Positions 1 through 8,586 of a stretch of DNA of 64,000 nt are shown one piece after another. The first letter of the stretch is position 1; each line of letters begins with the position of its first letter. A program made the translations under genes and the position numbers. The notes below the pieces were generated by a model, which was not told the origin of the DNA, made no database searches, and saw nothing but the letters and a program-made list of their open reading frames with translations. This stretch comes from Planctomycetota bacterium (GTDB lineage: Bacteria; Planctomycetota; JAJSAM01; JAJVHW01). The stretch is from NCBI GenBank assembly GCA_965248445.1, contig CBDFJG010000001.1, positions 352,001 through 416,000 of the forward strand, read 5' to 3'.

Positions 1-2
1 CG

Positions 3-341
3 TGGATGAAGATCAAGTCGCGCAAGACCATGCACTGCGTGATCATCGGGTTCTTGCCGGAGGACGAGGACGTGCGGAGTCTGGTCGTCGCGGCGCCGGA
101 CGAGAACGGCGCTCTGCGCAGCGTGGGACGAGTGGGAAGCGGCCTCGGCGCCGTCCTGCGCAAGAGTCTCGGCAAGCGCCTGCGCGAGCGCGTACGCAGC
201 GCGCCCGTCGTGCAGTGCGAGACGGCCCCAGCCGACGCCGTGTGGGTCGAGCCCGAGCTCTTCTGCGTCGTGAGTTTTGCCGAGCAGACGCACGGCGGAG
301 AGCTGCGTCACCCGGTGTTCGAAGGACTTGTCGACGGATGA
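3..341 (+). CDS. ATP-dependent DNA ligase, C-terminal OB domain (5' partial; LigD/LigC-like)
   Basis: WMKIK (motif V-like), VGRVGSG, WVEPEL and LRHPVF (motif VI-like). Stop overlaps next start (ATGA 338-341). Confidence 0.85.
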   Translation, partial: WMKIKSRKTMHCVIIGFLPEDEDVRSLVVAAPDENGALRSVGRVGSGLGAVLRKSLGKRLRERVRSAPVVQCETAPADAVWVEPELFCVVSFAEQTHGGELRHPVFEGLVDG

Positions 342-1465
342 CCCGTCTGCATGGCCGCCGCGTCGCGTTTACGGGACGACTGTCTGCGATGAAGCGCGAC
401 GAAGCCGCCGCCGCGATCCGCGAGCACGGCGGCGAGTTCGTTTCGAGCGTCTCTCGCAAGACCGATCTGCTGGTCGTCGGACAGGAGGGCTCTCCGCTCG
501 CCAAGGACGGCGGACTCACGCTGAAGCTTCTGCGCGCGCGCGAGCTGGCAGACGAAGGACACGCAATCGAGATCCTCTCCGAGGACGAGTTCCTCGCGGA
601 GCTCGGGCGAGAACGCGAGTCGCGTCACTACACGCTCGCGCAGCTCAGCCGGATCCTCGGCATCTCCGGTGCGCGACTCCGCACGTGGGTGCGCAAGGGA
701 CTGGTGAAGCCGATCCGCACCGAACACCGGCTGCACTACTTCGAGTTCCGCGACGTAGCCGCCGCGAAGGCCGTCGCCGAGCTCGTTCAATCCGGCGTGT
801 CGCCCGAACGCATCCGAGCGAGCGTCGCCGAACTGGCGGCGTGGCTGCCGGCGTCCGGCGACCCGTTCCTCGAGGTCGGGCTCGAGAAGCTCGGACGCGA
901 TCTCGTAGTGCGTCTCGACGACGGTCAGCTCGCGGACACGCGCGGGCAGTTCCAGTTCGACTTCGATGCTCCCGCCGACGTGCGCCCGATGCCGTCAGCC
1001 GTGTCGGAGCCCGAGCCACTGAGCTGGTTCGAGCAGGGTCTCGCCCGCGAGGACGCCGGCGATCCGGCCGGCGCCGCACGCGCGTACGGGCTCGCGATCG
1101 CAGAGGACCGACAGAGCCCCGAGACGTACTTCAACCTCGGCAACGTGCTCTTCGAACTCGGACGGAAGGAGGACGCCGCGCGTCGTTTCGAGGAGGCCGT
1201 GGCACTCGACACGAACTACGTCGAGGCCTGGAACAACCTCGGCAACGCGCTTGCCGACTCCGGCCGAAGGGACGACGCCGTCCGCGCGTTCGAGCGGGCG
1301 CTCCTGATCGCCCCGGACTACGCGGACGCGCACTACAACGCCGCCGAGGTCCTCTACGCTGTCGGCCGCCAGGACGCCGCGCGCTGCCACTGGCGTGCTT
1401 ACCTCGCCCTCGACGGCGCGAGCACCTGGGCCGAGCACGTACGCAGTCGCCTCGACGAGGCCTAG
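338..1465 (+). CDS. BRCT + MerR-type HTH + TPR protein
   Basis: LigA-type BRCT (VAFTGRLSAMKRDEA...GG...SVSRKTDLLVVG), MerR HTH (YTLAQLSRILGISGARLRTWVRKGLV), TPRs (ETYFNLGNVL, EAWNNLGNAL). Start placed at ATG 338. Confidence 0.85.
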   Translation: MTRLHGRRVAFTGRLSAMKRDEAAAAIREHGGEFVSSVSRKTDLLVVGQEGSPLAKDGGLTLKLLRARELADEGHAIEILSEDEFLAELGRERESRHYTLAQLSRILGISGARLRTWVRKGLVKPIRTEHRLHYFEFRDVAAAKAVAELVQSGVSPERIRASVAELAAWLPASGDPFLEVGLEKLGRDLVVRLDDGQLADTRGQFQFDFDAPADVRPMPSAVSEPEPLSWFEQGLAREDAGDPAGAARAYGLAIAEDRQSPETYFNLGNVLFELGRKEDAARRFEEAVALDTNYVEAWNNLGNALADSGRRDDAVRAFERALLIAPDYADAHYNAAEVLYAVGRQDAARCHWRAYLALDGASTWAEHVRSRLDEA

Positions 1466-1480
1466 CTCTCCTCGCAACCG

Positions 1481-2650
1481 CTAGGGGAAGCTCGTCGTCC
1501 CGAACTTGTTGTCCTCGAAGGTGTTCGACCCCTCCGCAGGGTTGCTCTGCAGATCGACGATCGTGCTGCCGCTGACCTTGTTCCCGCGCAGCGTGTTGCC
1601 GCCTTGGGTGAGCAGGAACCCCTCGCCGGTGGTCTTCTTGATCACGTTGTTCTCGTAGAGGGCATCCGTCCCGCGAGCGGCGATGCCCTGGCCCGTGGCC
1701 TTGTTGACCCTGTTGCCGGTGACGGTCGACATCGAGGCGTTGTTGACGATCCCGCCCAGCCGGGCGTCGGTGATCTTGTTGTCCGAGATGTCGATTCCGG
1801 TGGCGAGGAACGTGTTCCCGATGCCGAGTCCGTCCGAATCCTTGATGTTGTTCCGCGTGACCGTGACCTGCACCGAGAAGATCCGCACGCCTCCCGACTG
1901 ACCGATGCCCTTCATGCGGTTCTTCGAGACCACTGCACCCGTCGAGTCGCCGGTGCTCGAGCGCACCCCGCCCTCGCAGTCTGTGAACCGGTTACGGTCG
2001 CAGATGAACCGCAGCGCCTGGAAGAAGACCCCCCGATCGAGAATCCCGCGGAAGCGGTTCTTCACGACGGTGACGTCTTCGCCGACGACGACCGAGACGC
2101 CGTCGTCCAGTCCGGCTTCGAGGCGGCACTTCGTGACGATCAGCCGGTCACTCTCCGAGCCGTCGATTCCGATGTGACTCCCCGCGCCCGCCGCCGTGCC
2201 GCCGACCTTGGTCTTCTCCACGACGACGTCGTCGGACATCTGCACTCGCACGCCGGCCTGCGCAGGCGACTCCACTGTGCACTTCGTCACGGTGCAGCCG
2301 GGGGAAGCACTGATGAGCACGCCGTGGCCCTCGCCCTCGACCACCACGACCTTCGAGAGTACGACGTTGGTGCAGTTCACGATCTGGATCTGCGGCATCG
2401 CGCCACCGTCGCCGATCCTCGGCTTGCCCTTACCGACGATCACGATGTCATCGAGACTGCTCATCACCAGCCGCTCGGGGTACGTGCCCTTCTTGATGAC
2501 GAGCTTGTCGCCGTTCTCGAGTTGAGCGACGGCGTCCGCCAGCGGCGTCTCGCCCTGCGCTCCCGGCTTGACGGTGACAGTTGCGGCCGCCGCGACGACA
2601 CCGAAGGCGAGCACGAGGGTTGCGACGAAGCACACAAATCGAATCGACAT
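1481..2650 (-). CDS. Secreted right-handed parallel beta-helix (NosD/pectin lyase-like) protein
   Basis: Signal peptide MSIRFVCFVATLVLAFGVVAAAA, repeated N-x-I/V and G-I-x-I coils, SD GGAGGTG before ATG 2650. Confidence 0.8.
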   Translation of the reverse strand: MSIRFVCFVATLVLAFGVVAAAATVTVKPGAQGETPLADAVAQLENGDKLVIKKGTYPERLVMSSLDDIVIVGKGKPRIGDGGAMPQIQIVNCTNVVLSKVVVVEGEGHGVLISASPGCTVTKCTVESPAQAGVRVQMSDDVVVEKTKVGGTAAGAGSHIGIDGSESDRLIVTKCRLEAGLDDGVSVVVGEDVTVVKNRFRGILDRGVFFQALRFICDRNRFTDCEGGVRSSTGDSTGAVVSKNRMKGIGQSGGVRIFSVQVTVTRNNIKDSDGLGIGNTFLATGIDISDNKITDARLGGIVNNASMSTVTGNRVNKATGQGIAARGTDALYENNVIKKTTGEGFLLTQGGNTLRGNKVSGSTIVDLQSNPAEGSNTFEDNKFGTTSFP

Positions 2651-2707
2651 CCGGACACCTCCACGAATTTTCACTCTCCGAGCGACTCATCATAGGAGGG
2701 CACAACT

Positions 2708-2765
2708 GCCGAGACCGGTGAACAAACGCGCTCGGCTGCTCGGCGCCGACGCCGCGCACCGGTCT
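2708..2765. repeat. Degenerate GAGACCGG-family hairpin
   Basis: AGACCGGTG (2712-2720) pairs with CACCGGTCT (2757-2765); left arm reads GCCGAGACCGGTG. Confidence 0.5.
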
Positions 2766-2803
2766 GTCGCCGCGACGCCGCCCGCCGCTGTATGATGCTC
2801 CCG

Positions 2804-3259
2804 ATGTCCGTCGAGAAGCAGAACGCCGAGATCGTGAGGACCTGGTTCGAGGGCGGCGTCTGGGGCAACCCCGACGTGCGCGCGGCGGAGGCCTACATCG
2901 ACGCGCACTACGCCGCGGACGGTCGTGCGTACGGAATCGGCGGGACGTTCGTCGAGGGACCCGCGGCGTTCAAGGAGTTCCGTGCGGCGATGGTCGCCCG
3001 ATTCCCCGACATCCGGTTCTCGGTCGAAGAGGTGTTGACGACGGGCGACAGCGTGGCGGTCCGTTTCACCGGACGCATGACGTACCGCGGGATCGCGGCG
3101 GAGCTCCCGGCCGGGGCGTTCGTGGTGATGCGCGACAGCCAGATCGTCGAGGCGCGGAACCTCGTGAACTTTCTGGACCTCCTGGAGCAGATCGGTGCGC
3201 TGCCAGAGGAGTGCTTCGCGAGTTTTCTCGCGAGCGGGACGCTCGGTACGGAGTCGTAG
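2804..3259 (+). CDS. SnoaL-like ester cyclase / NTF2-like protein
   Basis: GPAAFKEF...FPDIRFSVEEVLTTGDSVAVRFTG pattern. Start could be 2792, 2795 or 2804; TATGAT lies 7 nt before 2804. Confidence 0.8.
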   Translation: MSVEKQNAEIVRTWFEGGVWGNPDVRAAEAYIDAHYAADGRAYGIGGTFVEGPAAFKEFRAAMVARFPDIRFSVEEVLTTGDSVAVRFTGRMTYRGIAAELPAGAFVVMRDSQIVEARNLVNFLDLLEQIGALPEECFASFLASGTLGTES

Positions 3260-3261
3260 TT

Positions 3262-3333
3262 CCGAGACCGGACTCAATCTCGTCACGGACTGCTGGGGTT
3301 CACGCCGTGACGCGATTGAGTCCGGTCTCGGTA
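3262..3333. repeat. Long intergenic inverted repeat (GAGACCGG family)
   Basis: 27-bp arms CCGAGACCGGACTCAATCTCGTCACGG / CCGTGACGCGATTGAGTCCGGTCTCGG with one mismatch, followed by TA. Confidence 0.9.
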
Positions 3334-3340
3334 TCCGGCA

Positions 3341-3396
3341 CGACGCCGCGACCACCTGTGGCCAGGCACGTCCGAAGCCGCCTCGACGAGGCGTAG
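3341..3396 (+). pseudogene. Decayed duplicate of the 3' end of the BRCT-MerR-TPR gene
   Basis: Manual alignment to 1411-1465 gives 47 matches over 56 columns; both end HVRSRLDEA-stop. Confidence 0.85.
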
Positions 3397-3399
3397 GGC

Positions 3400-3444
3400 G
3401 ACCGGCGCCGCCTCGGCGCGAGTGCGGGTGAGCCGGTCTCGGTA
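3400..3444. repeat. Partial GAGACCGG-family element
   Basis: CCGGTCTCGGTA at 3433-3444; GACCGGC at 3400-3406 can pair with GCCGGTC at 3432-3438. Confidence 0.55.
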
Positions 3445-3517
3445 GGCTGCGGCTGTACGGTTTTCGAGAATCCCTGCACCGTTTCCGGCACTGACGGCAA
3501 CTGCGTAGGTGAGAGCG

Positions 3518-5383
3518 ATGAGCCAGATGTCCCCGCCGCCGACCCCGCCGCCGACCCCGCCACCGGGCGCCGCCCCTATCGAGGCGCTTCTGGCCCACAG
3601 GGAGTGGGTCCGAGCGCTCGCACGCAGCCTCGTTCGCGATGAGAGCTCCGCCGACGACGTCGTCCAACAGACGTGGCAGGCGGCGCTCCAGAACCCGCCC
3701 GCCAAGCTGAGCGCCGCGCGCGCTTGGCTCGGATCCGTGGTCCGCCGCACCGTGCGGGACAGTCAGCGCCGACACGTCCGGCGGGAGCGTCGCGAGCTGT
3801 CCGCCGCGCGGCCGGAGGGACTCCCTGCGACCGCCGATGTCGTGGCCCGCGTGGAGATCGATCGCGCGGTCGTCAACTCGGTGGCGGAGCTTCCCGAGCC
3901 GTACCGCACGACTCTCCTCCTTCGTTTCTACGACGGCCTCCCTCCGCGGGACGTGGCCGCGCGGATGGGTGTCCCCGTCGAGACGGTGCGTGCTCGCACG
4001 CGCCGCGCTCTCGAGCGTGTTCGGGGCGGCCTCGACGCGCGTCACGGCGGCGAACGCGGCGTATGGAAGGCCGCGCTGGTCCCGTTCCTCGCGGGACCGG
4101 GCGGTCCCGCGACTGCTGACATCGCGCCCGACACGCCTGCGACGGGAGGGACGGCCGCCGGCACCGCGAGCGGACCGCTGGCACCACTGGTGACCACGTT
4201 CGCGGCCGCGCTCGGGTCCTTCGTGCTCGGCGTCGTGGGCGCGCGCCTGATGAACACGGACGCCACGGACGCGGCTGGTCGTGGCGCTGCGGCCCCGACG
4301 CACGAAGCGCTCGTGACAGCGGAGCGCGCCGTCGACGCCGACAGGAAACACCTCGCGCGAACCCGTGCGCGCATCAACGACGTCCGTGCCTCGGCGGACG
4401 ACCTCGAGCATCAGCTCGCGCAAGTCCGGCGCGCGGTGCTCGCGGCCAGCGCGTCGGCGCCGCAGCCGGACTCGAGTGACGACGTGGAGCGCGTGCCGTT
4501 CGAGCGACCGGTCCGCTTTCCGGCGTTCGACGCGGCGCTGTCGAGCGTGGACTGGGATGATCTCGGCGAGCACATCGCCCGCATGGTCTTGCTCCTTGGC
4601 GAGATCCACAGGGACGTGAACGCGGGCCGCGCGCTGCGACCGGCAGCCATCGGAGAGGTGCAAGCCCACAACGGGGCGCTGCTCTCCGTCGTCGGGCCGC
4701 TCGACGAGTCGTTCCCCGGCGGCGCGGCGAACACCGCCCTCACGCATCCTGCGTTCATGGCAACGCTGGTGGCGGCCGTCTGCCATGCCCGAGACCTGCC
4801 CCTCAGCGCCGAGCAGATCACGGCCCTCGATCGCGCGGCGAAGGACGCCTCGCTCGCGGTCGCGCGGACCGTGGACGAGACGCGCGAGTTCCGGCTCGCG
4901 GCGGTGATCGACGAGACCCGCGCGAAGCTCGAGTTCACGAACGCTCTGCGCACTCTGCTCACGCCGGAACAGCGAGCGCTTCTCGGGGACGATGCGACGC
5001 GCGGCGTGGTCGGCTACGACCTCTTCGGCCCCGGACCCGTCTGGGTCACGTCGCTCGAGACAGGGAGGTTCTCCTCCGGGGACGACCTCAGCATGCGCAT
5101 CGCGACCGGCATTGGCCGTGAGCTCGAGCTCGATACGCAACAGCAGAACGCGTTGAACGGCATCGTCGCCGAGTGGGTCAACACCCTGCCTGACGAGTAC
5201 CTCGGACGAGCGTCGAGCCCGGTCGAGGAGCGCGACGAGGCGCATCACCTGGAGGTCGTCCTGACGGCCGCGCAGTACATGCTCGATCTGATGCGGCGCG
5301 TCAGCGAACTGGATCTCACGGCCGACCAGCGCGCGTCCATCCGGAACTCGCGCGAGGTCATGGTTCTGCGACGCACGGACTGA
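3518..5383 (+). CDS. ECF sigma factor with long C-terminal extension (TM, coiled coil, unknown domain)
   Basis: Region 2 (ADDVVQQTW...AWLGSVVR), region 4 (LPEPYRTTLLLRFYDGL...VAARMGVPVETVRARTRRA), TM segment LVTTFAAALGSFVLGVVGA. Confidence 0.9.
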   Translation: MSQMSPPPTPPPTPPPGAAPIEALLAHREWVRALARSLVRDESSADDVVQQTWQAALQNPPAKLSAARAWLGSVVRRTVRDSQRRHVRRERRELSAARPEGLPATADVVARVEIDRAVVNSVAELPEPYRTTLLLRFYDGLPPRDVAARMGVPVETVRARTRRALERVRGGLDARHGGERGVWKAALVPFLAGPGGPATADIAPDTPATGGTAAGTASGPLAPLVTTFAAALGSFVLGVVGARLMNTDATDAAGRGAAAPTHEALVTAERAVDADRKHLARTRARINDVRASADDLEHQLAQVRRAVLAASASAPQPDSSDDVERVPFERPVRFPAFDAALSSVDWDDLGEHIARMVLLLGEIHRDVNAGRALRPAAIGEVQAHNGALLSVVGPLDESFPGGAANTALTHPAFMATLVAAVCHARDLPLSAEQITALDRAAKDASLAVARTVDETREFRLAAVIDETRAKLEFTNALRTLLTPEQRALLGDDATRGVVGYDLFGPGPVWVTSLETGRFSSGDDLSMRIATGIGRELELDTQQQNALNGIVAEWVNTLPDEYLGRASSPVEERDEAHHLEVVLTAAQYMLDLMRRVSELDLTADQRASIRNSREVMVLRRTD

Positions 5384-5436
5384 CGAACAGAAACAAACAC
5401 CGCAAGCTGGGCGCCGTCGAGCGGCGCCCGAGGAGA

Positions 5437-6678
5437 ATGAACATGAACGGAAGACTGCTGATCGGATCTGCGATCGGGCTGGTGCTCGGTGTGGGAGCTG
5501 GGTGGCTCTCGGCGAGTGCGTCAGTGTCCGAGCGCGAAGGGACCGCCGAAGAGCTCGCGAGCGTGGAGCTGGAACGCGATGCCGTCGCCACCGAGAAGGA
5601 CACCGCGACGGCCGAGCTCGAGACGGTCACGCGGCGGGTCGCCAGACTCGATAGAGACCTGAACGCCGCGCGCACCGCTCTCGCGGCTGCGGAGAAGCAG
5701 CTCGAGGAGGCGCGTGCGGCGGCTCTCACCGAGGCCGCCGGGACCACGGGCGAGCTCGAAGACGGCAGTGCGTCCGGCCTCGGAGAGGGCCAGGCGTTCT
5801 CGTCCCCGGAGTACGACGAGCACCTCGCGACGGTCAACTGGACCGACGTGGGCCGGCACGTGGGAGCCATGGCGCCGATGCTCGCGGAGATCATCGCGGC
5901 GGTCTCCACGGGCGAGCAGCCGTCACCCGAGGCGATCGGAGGCGTCCAGCGACACAACGGTCCGCTCGTCACGGTTGCCATGACGATGCACGGCAAGCTC
6001 CCGGGAGAGACCGTGAACGGCGCGTTCAGCCACCCGTCGGCCGTCGTCAACATGATCGTGACGACGCTCGCAGCGATGGGGCAGCCGCTCGACAAGGCTC
6101 AGCTCGCCGCGCTGGGGCGCGTCGGCAGTGACTTCGTCGCGGAGGACGAGCGTCGCAGGCAAGGGTACGACGAGAACACCCTAGCGCTGCGCCGCCACGC
6201 CGAGGAGTCGCTCCTCAAGGGGCGCTTCTACGAGGCCGCAATGGACGTCCTCACCGAAGAGCAGCACACCGCGCTACGGCCGGAGGTGACACGCGGCCGC
6301 GTGACGGCGGACCTCTTCTCGGCGTCGCTCGTCTGGGTCGGCCGTGCGCGGCCCGTTCCGTTCCGCGACCGCGAGCACCTCGCCGAGATCCTCGGCGAAC
6401 GCATCGGCCGTGATCTCGATCTGGAAGGTGGCGCGCGGGATCGGTGGATGGCGATGGTCTCCGACTGGGTCCAGGGTCTGCCCTACGACATGCTGAGGCG
6501 CGAGCCGGATGCGTTGTGGCTGCGAGGCCTCGTGCCGATCGACGCGATCGACTTCGCCGCGAAGCACCAGCTCGTGCTCATGGACCGCATGCTCTCCGAG
6601 CTCGATCTGTCTGAAGAGGCTGTCCGCGAGCTCCGCGATCACGTTGGCGCCTTCGTCCCGACGTGGCGGCCGGAGTAG
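5437..6678 (+). CDS. Membrane-anchored coiled-coil protein, paralog of the ECF C-terminal extension
   Basis: N-terminal TM, heptad region, and motifs shared with the ECF tail (VNWTDVGRHV vs VDWDDLGEHI; AIGGVQRHNGPL vs AIGEVQAHNGAL; AFSHPS vs ALTHPA). SD GAGGAG. Confidence 0.8.
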   Translation: MNMNGRLLIGSAIGLVLGVGAGWLSASASVSEREGTAEELASVELERDAVATEKDTATAELETVTRRVARLDRDLNAARTALAAAEKQLEEARAAALTEAAGTTGELEDGSASGLGEGQAFSSPEYDEHLATVNWTDVGRHVGAMAPMLAEIIAAVSTGEQPSPEAIGGVQRHNGPLVTVAMTMHGKLPGETVNGAFSHPSAVVNMIVTTLAAMGQPLDKAQLAALGRVGSDFVAEDERRRQGYDENTLALRRHAEESLLKGRFYEAAMDVLTEEQHTALRPEVTRGRVTADLFSASLVWVGRARPVPFRDREHLAEILGERIGRDLDLEGGARDRWMAMVSDWVQGLPYDMLRREPDALWLRGLVPIDAIDFAAKHQLVLMDRMLSELDLSEEAVRELRDHVGAFVPTWRPE

Positions 6679-6699
6679 GCGAAGTGAACAGGTCTTGGT

Positions 6700-6773
6700 C
6701 GACTCCGGTCGCCGGGAAGACGCCGTCCGCGCGTTCGAGCACGCATTCCTGATCGCACTGGACTACGCGGACG
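6700..6773 (+). pseudogene. Decayed internal duplicate of the BRCT-MerR-TPR gene
   Basis: Ungapped match to 1255-1328, 64 of 74 identical; DSGRREDAVRAFEHAFLIALDYAD vs DSGRRDDAVRAFERALLIAPDYAD. Confidence 0.9.
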
Positions 6774-8586
6774 GAGCGGCAGGCGGCGCGCGGACCGGCA
6801 GCGCGACCGTGAACGTCGTTCCCGTGCCGGGCTCGCTCGACGCGTCGATCCGGCCGCCCATCATCTCGCAGAAGCGGCGCGTGATGGTAAGACCCAAGCC
6901 GGTTCCTCCGTACTCGCGGGTCGTGCCGCCATCGGCCTGCGCGAACGCGTCCCACACCCGTTCGAGCGCCGAATCGGTCATCCCGATGCCCGTGTCGCGG
7001 ACGTCGATCCGCACCCAGGGCTCGCCGTCGCTCGACGTCCGCTGCACCGCGAGGATGATCGTTCCCTCGCGAGTGAACTTGCAGGCGTTCGAGAGCAGGT
7101 TGTCGAGGATCTGCCGGAACTTCGTCAGGTCCGCATGCATGGAACCGAGTGTGTCCGGCACGTCGAGTTCGAGCGTGTTCGAGTTTTTCGCGACCAGCGG
7201 GCGCATCGTGTCCGTGATCTCGGCCAGCGTCATCGCGAGATCGAACTCTTCGGGGCGCATGTCGAAACCACCCGCCTCGATCTTCGAGATGTCGAGGACG
7301 TCTTCGATCAGACGCAGAAGATGGCGGCCCGACTCGTGCACCTGGCGGACGTCATCCGCGAGCGCCTCCTGTCCGAGGGCGCCGAGGTCCTCCTCCACCA
7401 TCTCGCTGTACCCGATGATGGCATTGAGCGGCGTCCGCCGCTCGTGGCTCATGTTCGCGAGGAACTGGCTCTTCGCGCGGTTGGCGTCCTCGGCCGCCTC
7501 CTTCGACACTCGCAGGGCGCGTTCGGCCTCCTTGGCCTCGCTGATGTCTCGCAGAACGCCGACGAAGTGGGGTTCATCGTCCAACCAGATCTCACTGACC
7601 CCGAGATGCAACGGGAAGCGCGTACGATCCTTGCGAACCCCCTCGACCTCGCGCCCGATGCCGATGATCCGGGCCTCCCCGGTCTCCGCAAAGTGCGCGA
7701 GGTAGCCGTCGTGCTCGCCCCTGTACGGCTCCGGCATCAACATGCGGACGTTCTCTCCGATCATGTCGGATGCGGCGTACCCGAACATGGCCTCGGTGGC
7801 GGGGTTGGCCGTCTGGATGACGCCGCTCGCATCGATCGAGACGATCGCGTCCAACACGCCCGTGACGACGGCATCGAGATGCCGCATCGTCTCCAGTCGT
7901 AGCGCCGCGTCGCGTTCCGAGCGCTGGTGCAGGCGCTCGATGCGGCGCGTCCCCCAGAACACCGCGCCGCACATGAGCGCCATCACGGCGGCGGCCACGG
8001 CGGCCCACCCGAACGCGGTTCCGATCTTCGCGGCGCTGTGATCGTTGAACTGCTTGACGGTGCCGTCGATCTTGCGGTCCAGGCTCCGATTGAGGGACAG
8101 CAGGATCTGCAGGAGTTCTTCCCGCTCGGGATGCGTCTCCTCCATGGCCAGCAAGCTCGTGGAGGCTTCGACCTGTTGGTCCATCAGCCACCACTGATGC
8201 GTCAGCGCGTCCTTGATCTCCTCCGACGGCGCGGCAGGCAGTGTGCGCTTCGCCCCGGTGGTCTCGTCCACGACAACGTCGCCGCCGTCCTGGAGCGCAC
8301 GCAGCGTCTCGAGGAACAGCGTTCGCGTCTCCTCGCGGGAATTGGAGGCACCTTGCGAAGCCAGCAGCACTTCGTTGAGAAGTCGCTGATTGAGCATGCG
8401 CTGGCGCCCGGCCGCGTCGATGATGAATGCGTCGTCTCGATGTGCCGCGATCGCGTTGACGACGAACGCAGCCGCGATGATCCCGGCGACCAGCATGGCG
8501 GCCGGAAACGTGTACATCGCCGCGAAGCGGATCCCCTTGCTCGCGGCCGGCGATCCTGGTCGCGGTTGCTCGCGGTCGGAGCTCAT
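6763..8586 (-). CDS. Sensor histidine kinase with PilJ/NarX-like periplasmic domain and FixL-like PAS
   Basis: Two TMs flanking IDAAGRQRMLNQR; PAS LMPEPYRGEHDGYL...RIIGIGREV; H-box FLANMSHERRTPLNAIIG; N-box NLLSNACKFT; G-boxes DTGIGM and GGTGLGL. Confidence 0.9.
   Translation of the reverse strand: MSSDREQPRPGSPAASKGIRFAAMYTFPAAMLVAGIIAAAFVVNAIAAHRDDAFIIDAAGRQRMLNQRLLNEVLLASQGASNSREETRTLFLETLRALQDGGDVVVDETTGAKRTLPAAPSEEIKDALTHQWWLMDQQVEASTSLLAMEETHPEREELLQILLSLNRSLDRKIDGTVKQFNDHSAAKIGTAFGWAAVAAAVMALMCGAVFWGTRRIERLHQRSERDAALRLETMRHLDAVVTGVLDAIVSIDASGVIQTANPATEAMFGYAASDMIGENVRMLMPEPYRGEHDGYLAHFAETGEARIIGIGREVEGVRKDRTRFPLHLGVSEIWLDDEPHFVGVLRDISEAKEAERALRVSKEAAEDANRAKSQFLANMSHERRTPLNAIIGYSEMVEEDLGALGQEALADDVRQVHESGRHLLRLIEDVLDISKIEAGGFDMRPEEFDLAMTLAEITDTMRPLVAKNSNTLELDVPDTLGSMHADLTKFRQILDNLLSNACKFTREGTIILAVQRTSSDGEPWVRIDVRDTGIGMTDSALERVWDAFAQADGGTTREYGGTGLGLTITRRFCEMMGGRIDASSEPGTGTTFTVALPVRAPPAAPSA

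Noticed and set aside
2..337. Extended N-terminus of ORF 2..1465
   Set aside because: Overlaps the ligase frame; the BRCT protein starts at ATG 338.
3476..3507. Possible ECF promoter resembling the region upstream of the TPR gene at 23361
   Set aside because: Similarity is too weak to separate from chance.
2690..5248. 852-aa minus-strand ORF and similar long ORFs (16290-18878, 19053-20816, 45749-47866, 54934-57885, 61427-63286)
   Set aside because: Antisense shadows of well-supported genes in GC-rich DNA; Arg-rich with no motifs.
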